Part shown: positions 37,556-46,820 of the stretch, piece after piece
Position numbering within the stretch: the first letter of the stretch is position 1
How the letters are laid out: each line of letters starts with the position of its first letter
Source of the DNA: Elusimicrobiaceae bacterium
GTDB taxonomy: Bacteria; Elusimicrobiota; Elusimicrobia; Elusimicrobiales; Elusimicrobiaceae
DNA length: 64,000 bases
Assembly (NCBI GenBank): GCA_045580265.1
Contig: JAZNNM010000002.1
Location: forward strand, 114,721 to 178,720
Direction of reading: 5' to 3'
Notes under the pieces: generated by a model
Database searches by the model: none
What the model saw: only the letters and a program-made list of their open reading frames with translations
Told to the model about the DNA's origin: nothing
Program-made: the position numbers and the translations under genes

Positions 37556-38923
37556 ATGAAACATATTGTAATTATCGGGGGAGGGCCGGCCGGCTATCCG
37601 GCAGCATTGAAAGCCGCCAGTTTGGGGGCGAAAGTAACACTGATTGAAAAAAATAAATTAGGAGGGGTATGCCTGAATTGCGGGTGTATACCGTCCAAAT
37701 CGTTATTAGATGCTGCACATCGTTTCCAAATAGCGCGGGGTGTCGCTTCTTTGTGTGCCGATGGCGGACAAGAAACAGCAGCAAAATTATTTGAACTCCG
37801 TGACTGGGAAAGGATAAAAAATCGTCAACAAGCGGCCGCTCGCAAGCTGACACAAGGTATTGGATTTCTGCTTAAAAAAGCCGGAGTGGAAGTTTTTTCA
37901 GGGGAAGGTTCTTTTGTAAATGAACATACTGTACGCATTAAAACCATAGAAGGGGAAAAAGAAATTGCATGTGACGGAGTTATTTTAGCTACCGGTTCGG
38001 AAGCCTTTTTCCCGGCTCCGTTTGATGCGATTAAAGACCAAATTTACGACAATTCCACTATTTTTGAAATGCAAACCTTGCCCCAAAGTTTAATTATTGT
38101 GGGGGGCGGAGTAATCGGATGTGAATTTGCAGACCTGATGAGTTCTCTGGGGGTAGAAGTGAGTGTGGTGGAAATGCAACCTCGTATTTTGCCGCAGGAA
38201 GATGAAACCGCCGCACGGACTCTTTTTCAAGCACTAAATAAACGAGGAGTAAAATTCTGTTTGGGCGTTCGTGCAACGAAGGCCGAAAAAACCGTAGATG
38301 GTTTTATTATTACCCTTGATAACGGACAAATCATTCAAGCTCAAGCTGTTTTGGCTGCAATCGGCAGAACGGTGGATTTATCTTCTCTTCATTTGGAAAC
38401 AATCGGAGTGGAGGGTTCCCGCAAAGGGGTGCAGGTTAATCCGCAAACAATGCAACTTAAAAACAATATCTATGCTGCGGGAGATATTACCGGACTTATG
38501 CAATTGGCGCATGCGGCTACCCGACAAGGAGAAGTGGCTGCGGTTAATTTGCTGGGAGGTTCGGCCGTGTATCATAACGATCGGGTGCCTCGAGCAATTT
38601 ATACTTCCCCGGAAATTGCTTCCGTGGGGATTACACGTGCACAAGCGGCCGAACGTGGGCTTGTCGTAAAGGCTAAAAAATCATTTTTGTTAGCCAACGG
38701 TCGGGCGGTGGCACAAGACCAAACAGAAGGGTTTTTTGAAATTCTAGTGGAAGAAGGTACTGATAAAATTTTAGGAGCCACTCTGGTCGGGGCAAATGCT
38801 TCGGAATTGGTACATGTGGTGTCCGTAGCCTTGGCGGCGCATATGACGGCAACCGAACTAGCCGAAGTAATTTTTGCGCACCCTACGTTGGCTGAATCCA
38901 TCGGCGAGGCGGTTCATAAGTGA
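37556..38923 (+). CDS. lpdA: Dihydrolipoamide dehydrogenase
   Basis: GGGPAGY, GGVCLNCGCIPSK redox disulfide, GGGVIGCE and HPTLAE. Start at ATG 37556. Confidence 0.9.
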   Translation: MKHIVIIGGGPAGYPAALKAASLGAKVTLIEKNKLGGVCLNCGCIPSKSLLDAAHRFQIARGVASLCADGGQETAAKLFELRDWERIKNRQQAAARKLTQGIGFLLKKAGVEVFSGEGSFVNEHTVRIKTIEGEKEIACDGVILATGSEAFFPAPFDAIKDQIYDNSTIFEMQTLPQSLIIVGGGVIGCEFADLMSSLGVEVSVVEMQPRILPQEDETAARTLFQALNKRGVKFCLGVRATKAEKTVDGFIITLDNGQIIQAQAVLAAIGRTVDLSSLHLETIGVEGSRKGVQVNPQTMQLKNNIYAAGDITGLMQLAHAATRQGEVAAVNLLGGSAVYHNDRVPRAIYTSPEIASVGITRAQAAERGLVVKAKKSFLLANGRAVAQDQTEGFFEILVEEGTDKILGATLVGANASELVHVVSVALAAHMTATELAEVIFAHPTLAESIGEAVHK

Positions 38924-39627
38924 GTGAGTTTTGTATTATTTTGGTTCGTCCGCGTGATCCCAATAATATGGGGGCTTGCGCACGAGCTATGGGAAATTTC
39001 GGGCTAACTGATTTGCGTATTGTGGACCCCTATCCGCCGATTTGGCAAGAAGCTGTCAGCGCGGTGGGAGTGGTGGATATCCTAAAGAATGCCCGTTGTT
39101 TTGGTTCGCTGGCGGAAGCTTTGGCAGACACACATTTTTCTTTGGCGGCTACCGCGCTCAAAAAAAGAGAAATAAAACAGGAAATAGTTCCTCTTCCTAC
39201 ATTAAATACTCGTTTGGAGGACGTAGACGGACTAACAGCCCTTGTGTTTGGTAATGAAAAAACAGGCCTGAGTAATGAAGATATCGCTCGTTGCCAGGCC
39301 GTTCTTAACATTCCGACAGCAGCCAAGCAGCCTTCCATTAACTTGGCCCAAGCAGTTATTTTGACTTGTTACGAACTTTCCAGACGCAGTGAATTTAAAC
39401 CCATTCGTTCCGCTCCGGCCAAGAAGGTTCTTCCGACGGATGAACAAAAAGAATTATTGGTAAGCGCATTGGATAAAGTGTGCGAGAAATTGCATTTGCG
39501 CACGGATCTTACTCCTATTCAACGAAAGGCTTTTTTGCGTTCCGCCTTGAAAGAGAGTTCTTTTTCAAAAGAACATTTATTTTATGTAAAAAAAGTAGTG
39601 GAAAAAATATCCAAACAGTTGGAGTAA
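38920..39627 (+). CDS. TrmJ/LasT family RNA methyltransferase
   Basis: ILVRPRDPNNMGACARAMGNFG, VFGNEKTGLSNED and SINLAQAV motifs. Confidence 0.88.
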   Translation: MSEFCIILVRPRDPNNMGACARAMGNFGLTDLRIVDPYPPIWQEAVSAVGVVDILKNARCFGSLAEALADTHFSLAATALKKREIKQEIVPLPTLNTRLEDVDGLTALVFGNEKTGLSNEDIARCQAVLNIPTAAKQPSINLAQAVILTCYELSRRSEFKPIRSAPAKKVLPTDEQKELLVSALDKVCEKLHLRTDLTPIQRKAFLRSALKESSFSKEHLFYVKKVVEKISKQLE

Positions 39628-39686
39628 ATACCTCTGCCAAAGGGTGTATATTTTGATAAAATATAAGAAACCAAAAAGGGGGCAGC

Positions 39687-40796
39687 ATGGAATACAATAT
39701 CCTTGTCATTAATCCAGGTTCAACTTCGGATGATATCGGGTATTATCGGGGTGGTAAACCCGTGTTTGAAGTAACCGTGCGTTATTCCATTACCGATTTG
39801 GAACCTTATGAAGGTAAAAATGTTACCGAACAGTTGCCTCTTCGTCGTAAACTTATCTTAGACTATTTGATTGATCACAAAGTCCCTCTTAAAGAAATTC
39901 ACGCCGTTATCGGTCGTGGTGGTTTTATTCATTCTATCGAAGGCGGTGTGTATGCTGTCAATGATAAAATGATTGCTGATTTGGAAAAAGGCCACTACGG
40001 GGTGCATCCCAGCAATTTGGGTGGTATTTTAGCACGAGACATAGCCCAATATGCCGGTTGTCCCAGTTTTATTGCAAATCCTGTGGTGATTGATGAACTG
40101 CAACCGATTGCCCGTTATTCGGGGATGCCCGAAAATCCGCGCATTTCTATTTTTCACGCCTTAAGCCAAAAACGGGTGGCTCGTTTAATTGCCGATAAGT
40201 TGGGCAGACCGTATGAAGAATTAAATTGTATCGTTTGCCATGGCGGCGGCGGTATTACGGTAGGTGCACACCGAAAAGGTAAAGTGGTGGATGTAAACAA
40301 CGGCTACGAAGGAGACGGGCCTATGACTCCTCAACGCAGTGGCGGCACTCCTAATACGGGGCTTGTTCAAATGTGTTTTTCCGGTCAATACTCTCAGCAT
40401 GATATCCGCTTGAAACTGCGCGGAAAAGGCGGTTTGGTTGCCTATACGGGGACCTCGGACGTGAAGGATTTGGAAGAGTTTATTCGTACCGGTCAAAAAC
40501 GTCCCGGTTCACTTATTACCTGCACTCCTGAAGAAGCCAAACTGGCCGAGGATGCTATGATTTATCAAGTAGCCAAATATATCGGTGCTATGGCAGTTGT
40601 GTTAGAGGGGAAGGTAGATTTTATTGCTTTGACGGGCGGGTTGATGCACAGTAAATATATTCCGCAAGAAATCGGTCGTTATGTGAGCTGGATTGCACCT
40701 ATGTATGTTTTCCCCGGAAGTGAAGAAAAAGAAGCTTTGCGTGAAGCCGCCCGCCGAGCTTTAAAAAATCCGGAAATCGTTAAAAATTACATTTAG
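39687..40796 (+). CDS. buk: Butyrate / branched-chain carboxylic acid kinase
   Basis: ILVINPGSTS, HPSNLGG, IFHALSQK, HGGGGITVGAH and GPMTPQRSG motifs. Confidence 0.92.
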   Translation: MEYNILVINPGSTSDDIGYYRGGKPVFEVTVRYSITDLEPYEGKNVTEQLPLRRKLILDYLIDHKVPLKEIHAVIGRGGFIHSIEGGVYAVNDKMIADLEKGHYGVHPSNLGGILARDIAQYAGCPSFIANPVVIDELQPIARYSGMPENPRISIFHALSQKRVARLIADKLGRPYEELNCIVCHGGGGITVGAHRKGKVVDVNNGYEGDGPMTPQRSGGTPNTGLVQMCFSGQYSQHDIRLKLRGKGGLVAYTGTSDVKDLEEFIRTGQKRPGSLITCTPEEAKLAEDAMIYQVAKYIGAMAVVLEGKVDFIALTGGLMHSKYIPQEIGRYVSWIAPMYVFPGSEEKEALREAARRALKNPEIVKNYI

Positions 40797-40830
40797 TTTT
40801 ATTATACTGATCAGTTAAGGAGAAATAAAA

Positions 40831-41748
40831 ATGAAATTCACAAGTTTTGCCGACTTAATCAACCAAGTGAAAGGCAAATCCAACCGCGTCGTTGTTCCCG
40901 GCGCCAACAACAAAGAAGCTTTAGAAGCCATTAAAATGGCCGATGATAACGGACTTATTTCCCATGGTATTTTAATTGGTCCTATCAATGCCGTAAAAGA
41001 AATGGTTCAAGCGGCTGGCTTAAACGAAAGCAAATTTGAATTTATTGATTGTGAAGACGTTCCTACCATGTGCAAATTAGCCGTGGACCAAATTTTGGAA
41101 GGGAAAGGCGACTTTTTAATCAAAGGGCTTGTAGATACCAAATACTATATGAAAGCCATTTTGAACAAAGATGCTCATCTCGTTCCGGAAGGGGCACTTC
41201 TTTCTCACTTCGTGCTTTTCAGCACTCCGAAATACAAAAAACCTTTTGCCGTAACCGATTCTGCCGTGGTAATTGCTCCTACTTTGGAACAAAAGGCCAA
41301 AATTATTCAAAATGCCGTCCACACCATGCATAAATTAGGCTTAGAAAACCCGAAAGTGGCGTGTGTATGTCCGGTGGAAAAAGTGAATGAAAAAATTCCC
41401 TCTACCGTAGATGCTGCCGCCCTTGCCCAAATGAATGCAGAAGGTAAAATTACCGGTTGCACGGTGGAAGGTCCGTACGATTTGTATATCTCCTTATCTG
41501 CCGAAAAAGCCGCTGAAAAAGGGATTAAAGATGCCAAAGTTGCCGGTGATGCCGACATTTTAATGTTGCCCGATTTGGATGCGGCGAACCCGCTTTACAA
41601 AGCTTTAGCTTTCTTTGGCGATCAAATGGAAGCTGCAGCCGTTTTGGTGGGGCCGAAAATTCCGGTCATTTTGCCTTCTCGTGCCGATGATCCGAAAGTA
41701 AAACTAAACGCTATTGCGCTTTGCTCTTACTTAAAAGAAGATAAATAA
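40831..41748 (+). CDS. ptb: Phosphate butyryltransferase / acyltransferase
   Basis: IKGLVDT, LLSH, VTDSAV, VEGPYD, AGDADIL and LPSRAD motifs; follows buk. Confidence 0.9.
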   Translation: MKFTSFADLINQVKGKSNRVVVPGANNKEALEAIKMADDNGLISHGILIGPINAVKEMVQAAGLNESKFEFIDCEDVPTMCKLAVDQILEGKGDFLIKGLVDTKYYMKAILNKDAHLVPEGALLSHFVLFSTPKYKKPFAVTDSAVVIAPTLEQKAKIIQNAVHTMHKLGLENPKVACVCPVEKVNEKIPSTVDAAALAQMNAEGKITGCTVEGPYDLYISLSAEKAAEKGIKDAKVAGDADILMLPDLDAANPLYKALAFFGDQMEAAAVLVGPKIPVILPSRADDPKVKLNAIALCSYLKEDK

Positions 41749-41755
41749 TCTACAC

Positions 41756-41783
41756 GGGGCGGTTTAAACCACCGCCCCTTTTT
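41756..41783 (+). terminator. Intrinsic terminator after ptb
   Basis: GGGGCGGT-N7-ACCGCCCC-TTTTT. Confidence 0.7.
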
Positions 41784-41789
41784 CCAAGT

Positions 41790-43064
41790 ATGAGAAAGAG
41801 ATTCTTAGTCCTTCTTCGAAAACATTACCGTCGCTATCACGATATTTTGTTTTATGTGCTGGCGTTGGGGGTTATTGTTGTTTCTACGTGGGCAGCTCTT
41901 TCCATTACGCACAAAAAGAACGAAATTGAACGTGAAAATTTGCGTGAGCGTGCTATTCCGACGCAAGAATTTAAAGTGGGGGAAAAACCCATTTATATAG
42001 GCTTGCAGGAGGCCGGACTTTCCAATCAGGAAGTAACGCAAATTGTCGGAAAACTTTCCACCGTGGTTGATACGCGAAAATTGCAAAAAAAAGATGTCTA
42101 TTCCATTGCGGTGGAAGACGGGCAGTTTGTGATGATTCTTCTCACACAGGGTTTTAAACGATTTTTTGTAGCCAATGTGGGTGGGGGACTGGTGGCCGGT
42201 ATTAGCGATGTGGAAATCAAAACCCGCATTAAAACGGCGGCCGGAAAAGTGAAAGGCTCTTTATTTAATTCCATGATGGCGCAAGGACTGCAAGTTCCTC
42301 TTATTTTAGATTTTACGGATGCTTTTTCTTGGACAATCGATTTTAATACCGATACCCGTAACGGTGATGAATATACTGCCCTGTGGGAAGAACACTATAC
42401 TTCCACCGGAGAAATTACGGGACAGGATTTGTTAGCGGCCAGTTATACCGGTGTAGAAAACAAAGAAACGACTCACGCTTTTTATTTTGAAGATGATTTT
42501 TACGATGAAACGGGAAAAGTAAGCAAGAAAATGTTCTTAAAGTCTCCCATCAGCTTTCGTAATTATCGTATTTCTTCTCGCTTTTCGTACAATCGTCTGC
42601 ATCCTGTACTAAAAATTAGACGGCCCCATTTAGGAATCGATTATGCGGCTCCGGTAGGTACGCCAATCCAAACGGTGGCCGACGGTACCGTACGTTACGC
42701 CGGCTGGAAAGGTGGTTTTGGTAATTACATCGAAATTAAGCATGCTAATGGCTATACCACCACTTATGGGCACTTAAAGGGATATGCCAAAGGTATTAAA
42801 TCCGGTGCTAAAGTAAAACAAGGGCAGACTATCGGTTATGTGGGGAGCACCGGTTTGTCTTCCGGCCCACACTTGGATTTTCGCATTAAAGAAAAAAATA
42901 AATTTGTTGATTTTTTGCGTATGAAAAATCGTAATTCGGCTGTGAGAGATGTTCCGAAAGAAAAACGAAAAGAATTTGAAGAATTAAAAGTGCTATACTT
43001 AAAAGAATTGGATGCGGCTAAAAAATCTGCCCAAACGGCCGCACCGGAGGAAAAAAACGCATGA
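41790..43064 (+). CDS. M23 family peptidoglycan endopeptidase (MepM-like), N-terminal membrane anchor
   Basis: HLGIDY (HxxxD), YGHL and GPHLDF motifs; N-terminal TM. Confidence 0.9.
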   Translation: MRKRFLVLLRKHYRRYHDILFYVLALGVIVVSTWAALSITHKKNEIERENLRERAIPTQEFKVGEKPIYIGLQEAGLSNQEVTQIVGKLSTVVDTRKLQKKDVYSIAVEDGQFVMILLTQGFKRFFVANVGGGLVAGISDVEIKTRIKTAAGKVKGSLFNSMMAQGLQVPLILDFTDAFSWTIDFNTDTRNGDEYTALWEEHYTSTGEITGQDLLAASYTGVENKETTHAFYFEDDFYDETGKVSKKMFLKSPISFRNYRISSRFSYNRLHPVLKIRRPHLGIDYAAPVGTPIQTVADGTVRYAGWKGGFGNYIEIKHANGYTTTYGHLKGYAKGIKSGAKVKQGQTIGYVGSTGLSSGPHLDFRIKEKNKFVDFLRMKNRNSAVRDVPKEKRKEFEELKVLYLKELDAAKKSAQTAAPEEKNA

Positions 43065-43633
43065 AGAAGCAGAAAAAAATCGCACTTACCGGCGGCCCCA
43101 ACAGCGGTAAAACAACGGCTCTTTCCGTATTAAAGGAAACCTTTGGCCCGCAAGTGGAACTGGTAAAAGAAGCCGCTACCCTCATTTTTAGCGGGGGGTT
43201 TCCTCGGCAAGATAATAGTCGTGCTCATATTGAAGCGGCTCAACGTATTATTTTCTATACTACAAAACAGTTGGAAAGTTTGGCGGAAAAATCTTCAAAT
43301 GCCGAATTGATCGTATGCGATCGTGGCACCGTAGATGCCGCCGTTTATTGGCCCGATGGTAGTGATGCGTTTTTTGCTCATATGGGTACCACTCTGGAGG
43401 AGCAACTCTCCCGTTACGATGCGGTGCTTCACTTGTCCCCGCCGTCTAATCCGGCATTTTATCAATCTACCCATGTGCGAACGGAAAGCTTAGAAGAGGC
43501 CTTTGCAATTGATCGCAGAATTTTGCAAATATGGGAAAAGCACCCCAATCGTATGGTGATTGGCGGTACGGAACACTTTTTTGAAAAGGCAGAAGCCATC
43601 AAAAATTTTGTAGAAAAAATTATTCAAGGATAA
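43061..43633 (+). CDS. NadR/Ttd14-like AAA_28 P-loop NTPase, paralog 1
   Basis: IALTGGPNSGKTT, EAAT, VCDRG and RYDAVLHL. Confidence 0.8.
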   Translation: MKKQKKIALTGGPNSGKTTALSVLKETFGPQVELVKEAATLIFSGGFPRQDNSRAHIEAAQRIIFYTTKQLESLAEKSSNAELIVCDRGTVDAAVYWPDGSDAFFAHMGTTLEEQLSRYDAVLHLSPPSNPAFYQSTHVRTESLEEAFAIDRRILQIWEKHPNRMVIGGTEHFFEKAEAIKNFVEKIIQG

Positions 43634-43636
43634 CTT

Positions 43637-44200
43637 ATGAAAAAAATTGTTTTAACCGGTGGCCCCAGCGGCGGCAAAACTACGGCTCTTTCTATTTTGA
43701 AAGAAACGTTTGGCAATAAAATTGCCTTGGTGCAAGAGGCGGCTACCCTTATTTACAGTGGCGGTTTTCCCCGCAAAGACAATAGCCCCGTGCACATTGA
43801 GCACGCACAAAATATTATTTTTTATACCGTTCATCAATTGGAAGAGTTGGCTGAACGCACATCTGATGCCAGTATTATGGTGTGCGATCGCGGTTCTATT
43901 GACGGTGCTGTATATTGGCCGCATGGACCGGAAGATTTTTTCAAAGCGATGGAATCTTCTTTAGAAGCAGAATTGGCTCGCTATGATGCCGTTATTCACC
44001 TTTCCCCACCTCCGGAAAAAGATTTCTACCAAGCTACTAACGTCCGCACCGAAAACTTGCAACAAGCTTTTGATATTGACGATAAAATTTTAAAAATTTG
44101 GGAAAAACATCCCAACCGCTTGGTTGTTCCGCGCGAAAAACATTATTTTGAAAAAGCGGAAATTATTAAGAATTTTGTAGAAGAATTACTTGCTAAATAA
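43637..44200 (+). CDS. NadR/Ttd14-like AAA_28 P-loop NTPase, paralog 2
   Basis: IVLTGGPSGGKTT, EAAT, VCDRG and RYDAVIHL; collinear with paralog 1. Confidence 0.8.
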   Translation: MKKIVLTGGPSGGKTTALSILKETFGNKIALVQEAATLIYSGGFPRKDNSPVHIEHAQNIIFYTVHQLEELAERTSDASIMVCDRGSIDGAVYWPHGPEDFFKAMESSLEAELARYDAVIHLSPPPEKDFYQATNVRTENLQQAFDIDDKILKIWEKHPNRLVVPREKHYFEKAEIIKNFVEELLAK

Positions 44201-44215
44201 TTTAAGGAGTTTATT

Positions 44216-44608
44216 ATGATATGGAATCCGTTTAAGAAAAAACAGGAAGGAGAGTCTGCGCCCGCTAAAGCGGAAGCGAAACCTTCTAAAAAGGAATCTA
44301 TCGAAGAACGTATTGAACGGGAGCTCGATTCTTTGCCTGCTATGATTAAAGGCAAATTAAAAGATCCGGAAATCAAAAAACGTTTTATTGATATTGCCAA
44401 ACGTATGGAAAAAGACGGGGTGGATTTTAAAAGTATCCGTCAAATGAAAAAATGGATGAAAGACCACGAATCCGAACTTCGTGCCGAACAGGCGGGCACT
44501 CAAAAAGTAGAAACCGTAGTGCATGAAGGACCGAGAATCGGCCGCAACGATCCCTGTCCTTGTGGTAGTGGCAAAAAGTATAAAAAGTGTTGTGGTGCCG
44601 GAAAATAA
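44216..44608 (+). CDS. SEC-C metal-binding motif protein
   Basis: C-terminal [18 protein letters not shown]; AAGGAG RBS. Confidence 0.85.
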   Translation: MIWNPFKKKQEGESAPAKAEAKPSKKESIEERIERELDSLPAMIKGKLKDPEIKKRFIDIAKRMEKDGVDFKSIRQMKKWMKDHESELRAEQAGTQKVETVVHEGPRIGRNDPCPCGSGKKYKKCCGAGK

Positions 44609-44614
44609 TCTAAT

Positions 44615-44643
44615 AAAAAAGCCCTCCGAAAACGGAGGGCTTT
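44615..44643. terminator. Bidirectional intrinsic terminator
   Basis: AAAAAAGCCCTCCG-aaaa-CGGAGGGCTTT. Confidence 0.85.
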
Positions 44644-44672
44644 AAATTTCTAAGTTTGTTTGTGTTTTATTA

Positions 44673-45278
44673 CTATTTAAGTAAAACTAAATACTCGGAT
44701 AGTTTTTGAAAAGCACGGAAGCGATGGCTGATTTTATTTTTTTCTTCTTCTGTCATTTCAGCTAATGTTTTTTGGGTGTTTTCCACTAGAAAAATAGGAT
44801 CGTACCCAAAGCCGTGTTCGCCTCGATATCCAAAGCCGATGTATCCATCCAAAACACCCTCAAAAGTTTGTACGCGCCCGTCCGGAGTAGCAAGGCAAGC
44901 TACTGTTCGAAAAGAAGCTTTGCGTTGTGGAAGGAGTTGCCCTTCTAGCGCGGCAAGAAGCTTGCGATTATTGTCATCTGTATCGGCATGTTCGCCTGCG
45001 TAACGGGCCGTATATACTCCGGGCGCTCCGTTTAGAAAATCTACTTCAAGGCCTGTGTCATCGGAAAGTGCAGGTAATCCCGTTGCTTTGGCTGCGTAAC
45101 AAGCTTTTATTGCTGCGTTGGCTTCCAACGTCTCTCCCGTTTCCTCAGGAAGGGACACGCCCTTGAATTGTGCCAAACTGACGTATTCAATGGGCGTGCC
45201 ATTTTTTAAAGCGGTGGGTAAAATTGCACTTAATTCTTTGAATTTATGCGGGTTACCCGTAGCAATCAAAATTTTCAT
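44673..45278 (-). CDS. rdgB: Non-canonical purine NTP pyrophosphatase (HAM1 family)
   Basis: ATGNPHK, SDDTGL, GAPGVYTARY, GFGYDPIF and KNKISHR motifs. Confidence 0.95.
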   Translation of the reverse strand: MKILIATGNPHKFKELSAILPTALKNGTPIEYVSLAQFKGVSLPEETGETLEANAAIKACYAAKATGLPALSDDTGLEVDFLNGAPGVYTARYAGEHADTDDNNRKLLAALEGQLLPQRKASFRTVACLATPDGRVQTFEGVLDGYIGFGYRGEHGFGYDPIFLVENTQKTLAEMTEEEKNKISHRFRAFQKLSEYLVLLK

Positions 45279-45287
45279 TTCTAGCGA

Positions 45288-46661
45288 CTATTTTACTTTG
45301 AGTTTTGCTACTTCGTCTGCCAAATTCAATGCAATTAAGTAAGATTTAAACATATCTTCTTCACTTAACCATTCCGTTAAAGCATGCGGGTTGTTTTGGC
45401 CGGTGAAAATGGTTAAAGCACCTTTCCCGTTTTTAACGAGAAACATAGCAGCGGTTGTTCCGGCACGCATCTTTTCCACTTTGGGGGTTACGCCCGCACT
45501 GGCAAAAGCGCCTTTCATCACTTCCATAGAATTTTGGTGTAAAGCTTCGCCCACGTTACCGTAACTGCGGATAACTTGTCTGGAAATCTCTACTTCATAT
45601 TTTTCTTCTATAGCTGCGGCAATTGGATCTGTGCTTTTTTTCCAACTTTCCATTTCGGCTTGATCAAAACCACGTAAACGAATATCAAGCTGGGCGATGT
45701 AGAATTGGTTATCCGGGTAATACATATGGTGGAGTTCCGCATAGCCTTGTTCGCCGCTGGAATTGTTGGGGAGGTCTTGGTCTCGGCAGATTGTGTCTCC
45801 CAATTTGCAGGCAGGTTTCCAAGCGTTTCTGTAACCGTTAGTTGCGGCATAAGATTGGTGACCGGGAGTCCCTTTTACCGTAAAGATGACGGATTCTGCA
45901 TTGAAGTTTTCTGCGACAACTCTTCCATCGGATCCGCCGTCAAAATCGAAAGCAATATCCGGATTATAACCCGTTTCTTCCAAGTATTGGGCGGCACGGC
46001 CTACGTCTTCATTCGGAGCGATAACTACTTGGATGCGTCCATGCGGTTTGGAAGGATTTTTGGCTAAAGTTTCCAAGAAGGTAACCACTACGGAAAGACC
46101 GGCTTTGTCGTCAGCGGATAAGATAGTGGTTCCGTCAGAGGTGACTACTTTTTTACCTACTTGGGTGGCCAAATAAGCGTCTTTTTCGGTATTGGGATCA
46201 ATTACTTGATTATTTTTAAGTACAATCGGATTTCCATCGTATTTTTCGATTACTTGGGCTTTAATATTTTTGCCTAAGTTATCGGGGGTGGTGTCGTAGT
46301 GACAGCTGAAACCCAATACGGGGGCTTCCCAAGGTAAATTAGAAGGTAAATCTACCACGATGTAATAGTGCTCGGTTAATTTGGCATCAATTCCCAAAGA
46401 ACGCATTTCGTCCATTAACTTATGGGCAGTATCAATTTGTTCTTGAGTAATTTCTTCTCTTTCGCTGCTTTGGCTGTTGTGTGTAGTATAGGTAATAAAG
46501 CGGTCGAATAATTTTTGGCGGAAAGTTTTCGCCAATTTTTGATTCTTTTGTGCATAAGAAGGTTTATTGCAAGGAGCATTAAGCCCGGTCGTAGCAGCAT
46601 TTACGGTAGAGAAGGTAAATGCAAACAACGATAGAAACATAACTAACATTTTAAGACGCAT
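45288..46661 (-). CDS. Peptidase T-like M20B peptidase with signal peptide (variant active site)
   Basis: N-terminal MRLKMLVMFLSLFAFTFSTVNA; CHYDT, SADDKAG, PNEDVG, FDFDGG and NNPH motifs. Confidence 0.82.
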   Translation of the reverse strand: MRLKMLVMFLSLFAFTFSTVNAATTGLNAPCNKPSYAQKNQKLAKTFRQKLFDRFITYTTHNSQSSEREEITQEQIDTAHKLMDEMRSLGIDAKLTEHYYIVVDLPSNLPWEAPVLGFSCHYDTTPDNLGKNIKAQVIEKYDGNPIVLKNNQVIDPNTEKDAYLATQVGKKVVTSDGTTILSADDKAGLSVVVTFLETLAKNPSKPHGRIQVVIAPNEDVGRAAQYLEETGYNPDIAFDFDGGSDGRVVAENFNAESVIFTVKGTPGHQSYAATNGYRNAWKPACKLGDTICRDQDLPNNSSGEQGYAELHHMYYPDNQFYIAQLDIRLRGFDQAEMESWKKSTDPIAAAIEEKYEVEISRQVIRSYGNVGEALHQNSMEVMKGAFASAGVTPKVEKMRAGTTAAMFLVKNGKGALTIFTGQNNPHALTEWLSEEDMFKSYLIALNLADEVAKLKVK

Positions 46662-46774
46662 GGTATCCTCCGAAATGGAAATATATACTGTTATTTTAGT
46701 AATCTGAGCATTCTAACTGCAAGGGCCAAAAGACCTATATAAAAAATAGGTCCCGCGCGTAGGAGTGCGGCATG

Positions 46775-46799
46775 AAAAAGCCCGCCGAAGGGGCGGGCT
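46775..46799 (-). terminator. Intrinsic terminator after the upstream pepT
   Basis: On the minus strand GCCCGCC-N5-GGCGGGC-TTTTT, just after the stop at 46821. Confidence 0.8.
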
Positions 46800-46820
46800 G
46801 AAAGAAGGGGGGAAGAACTC

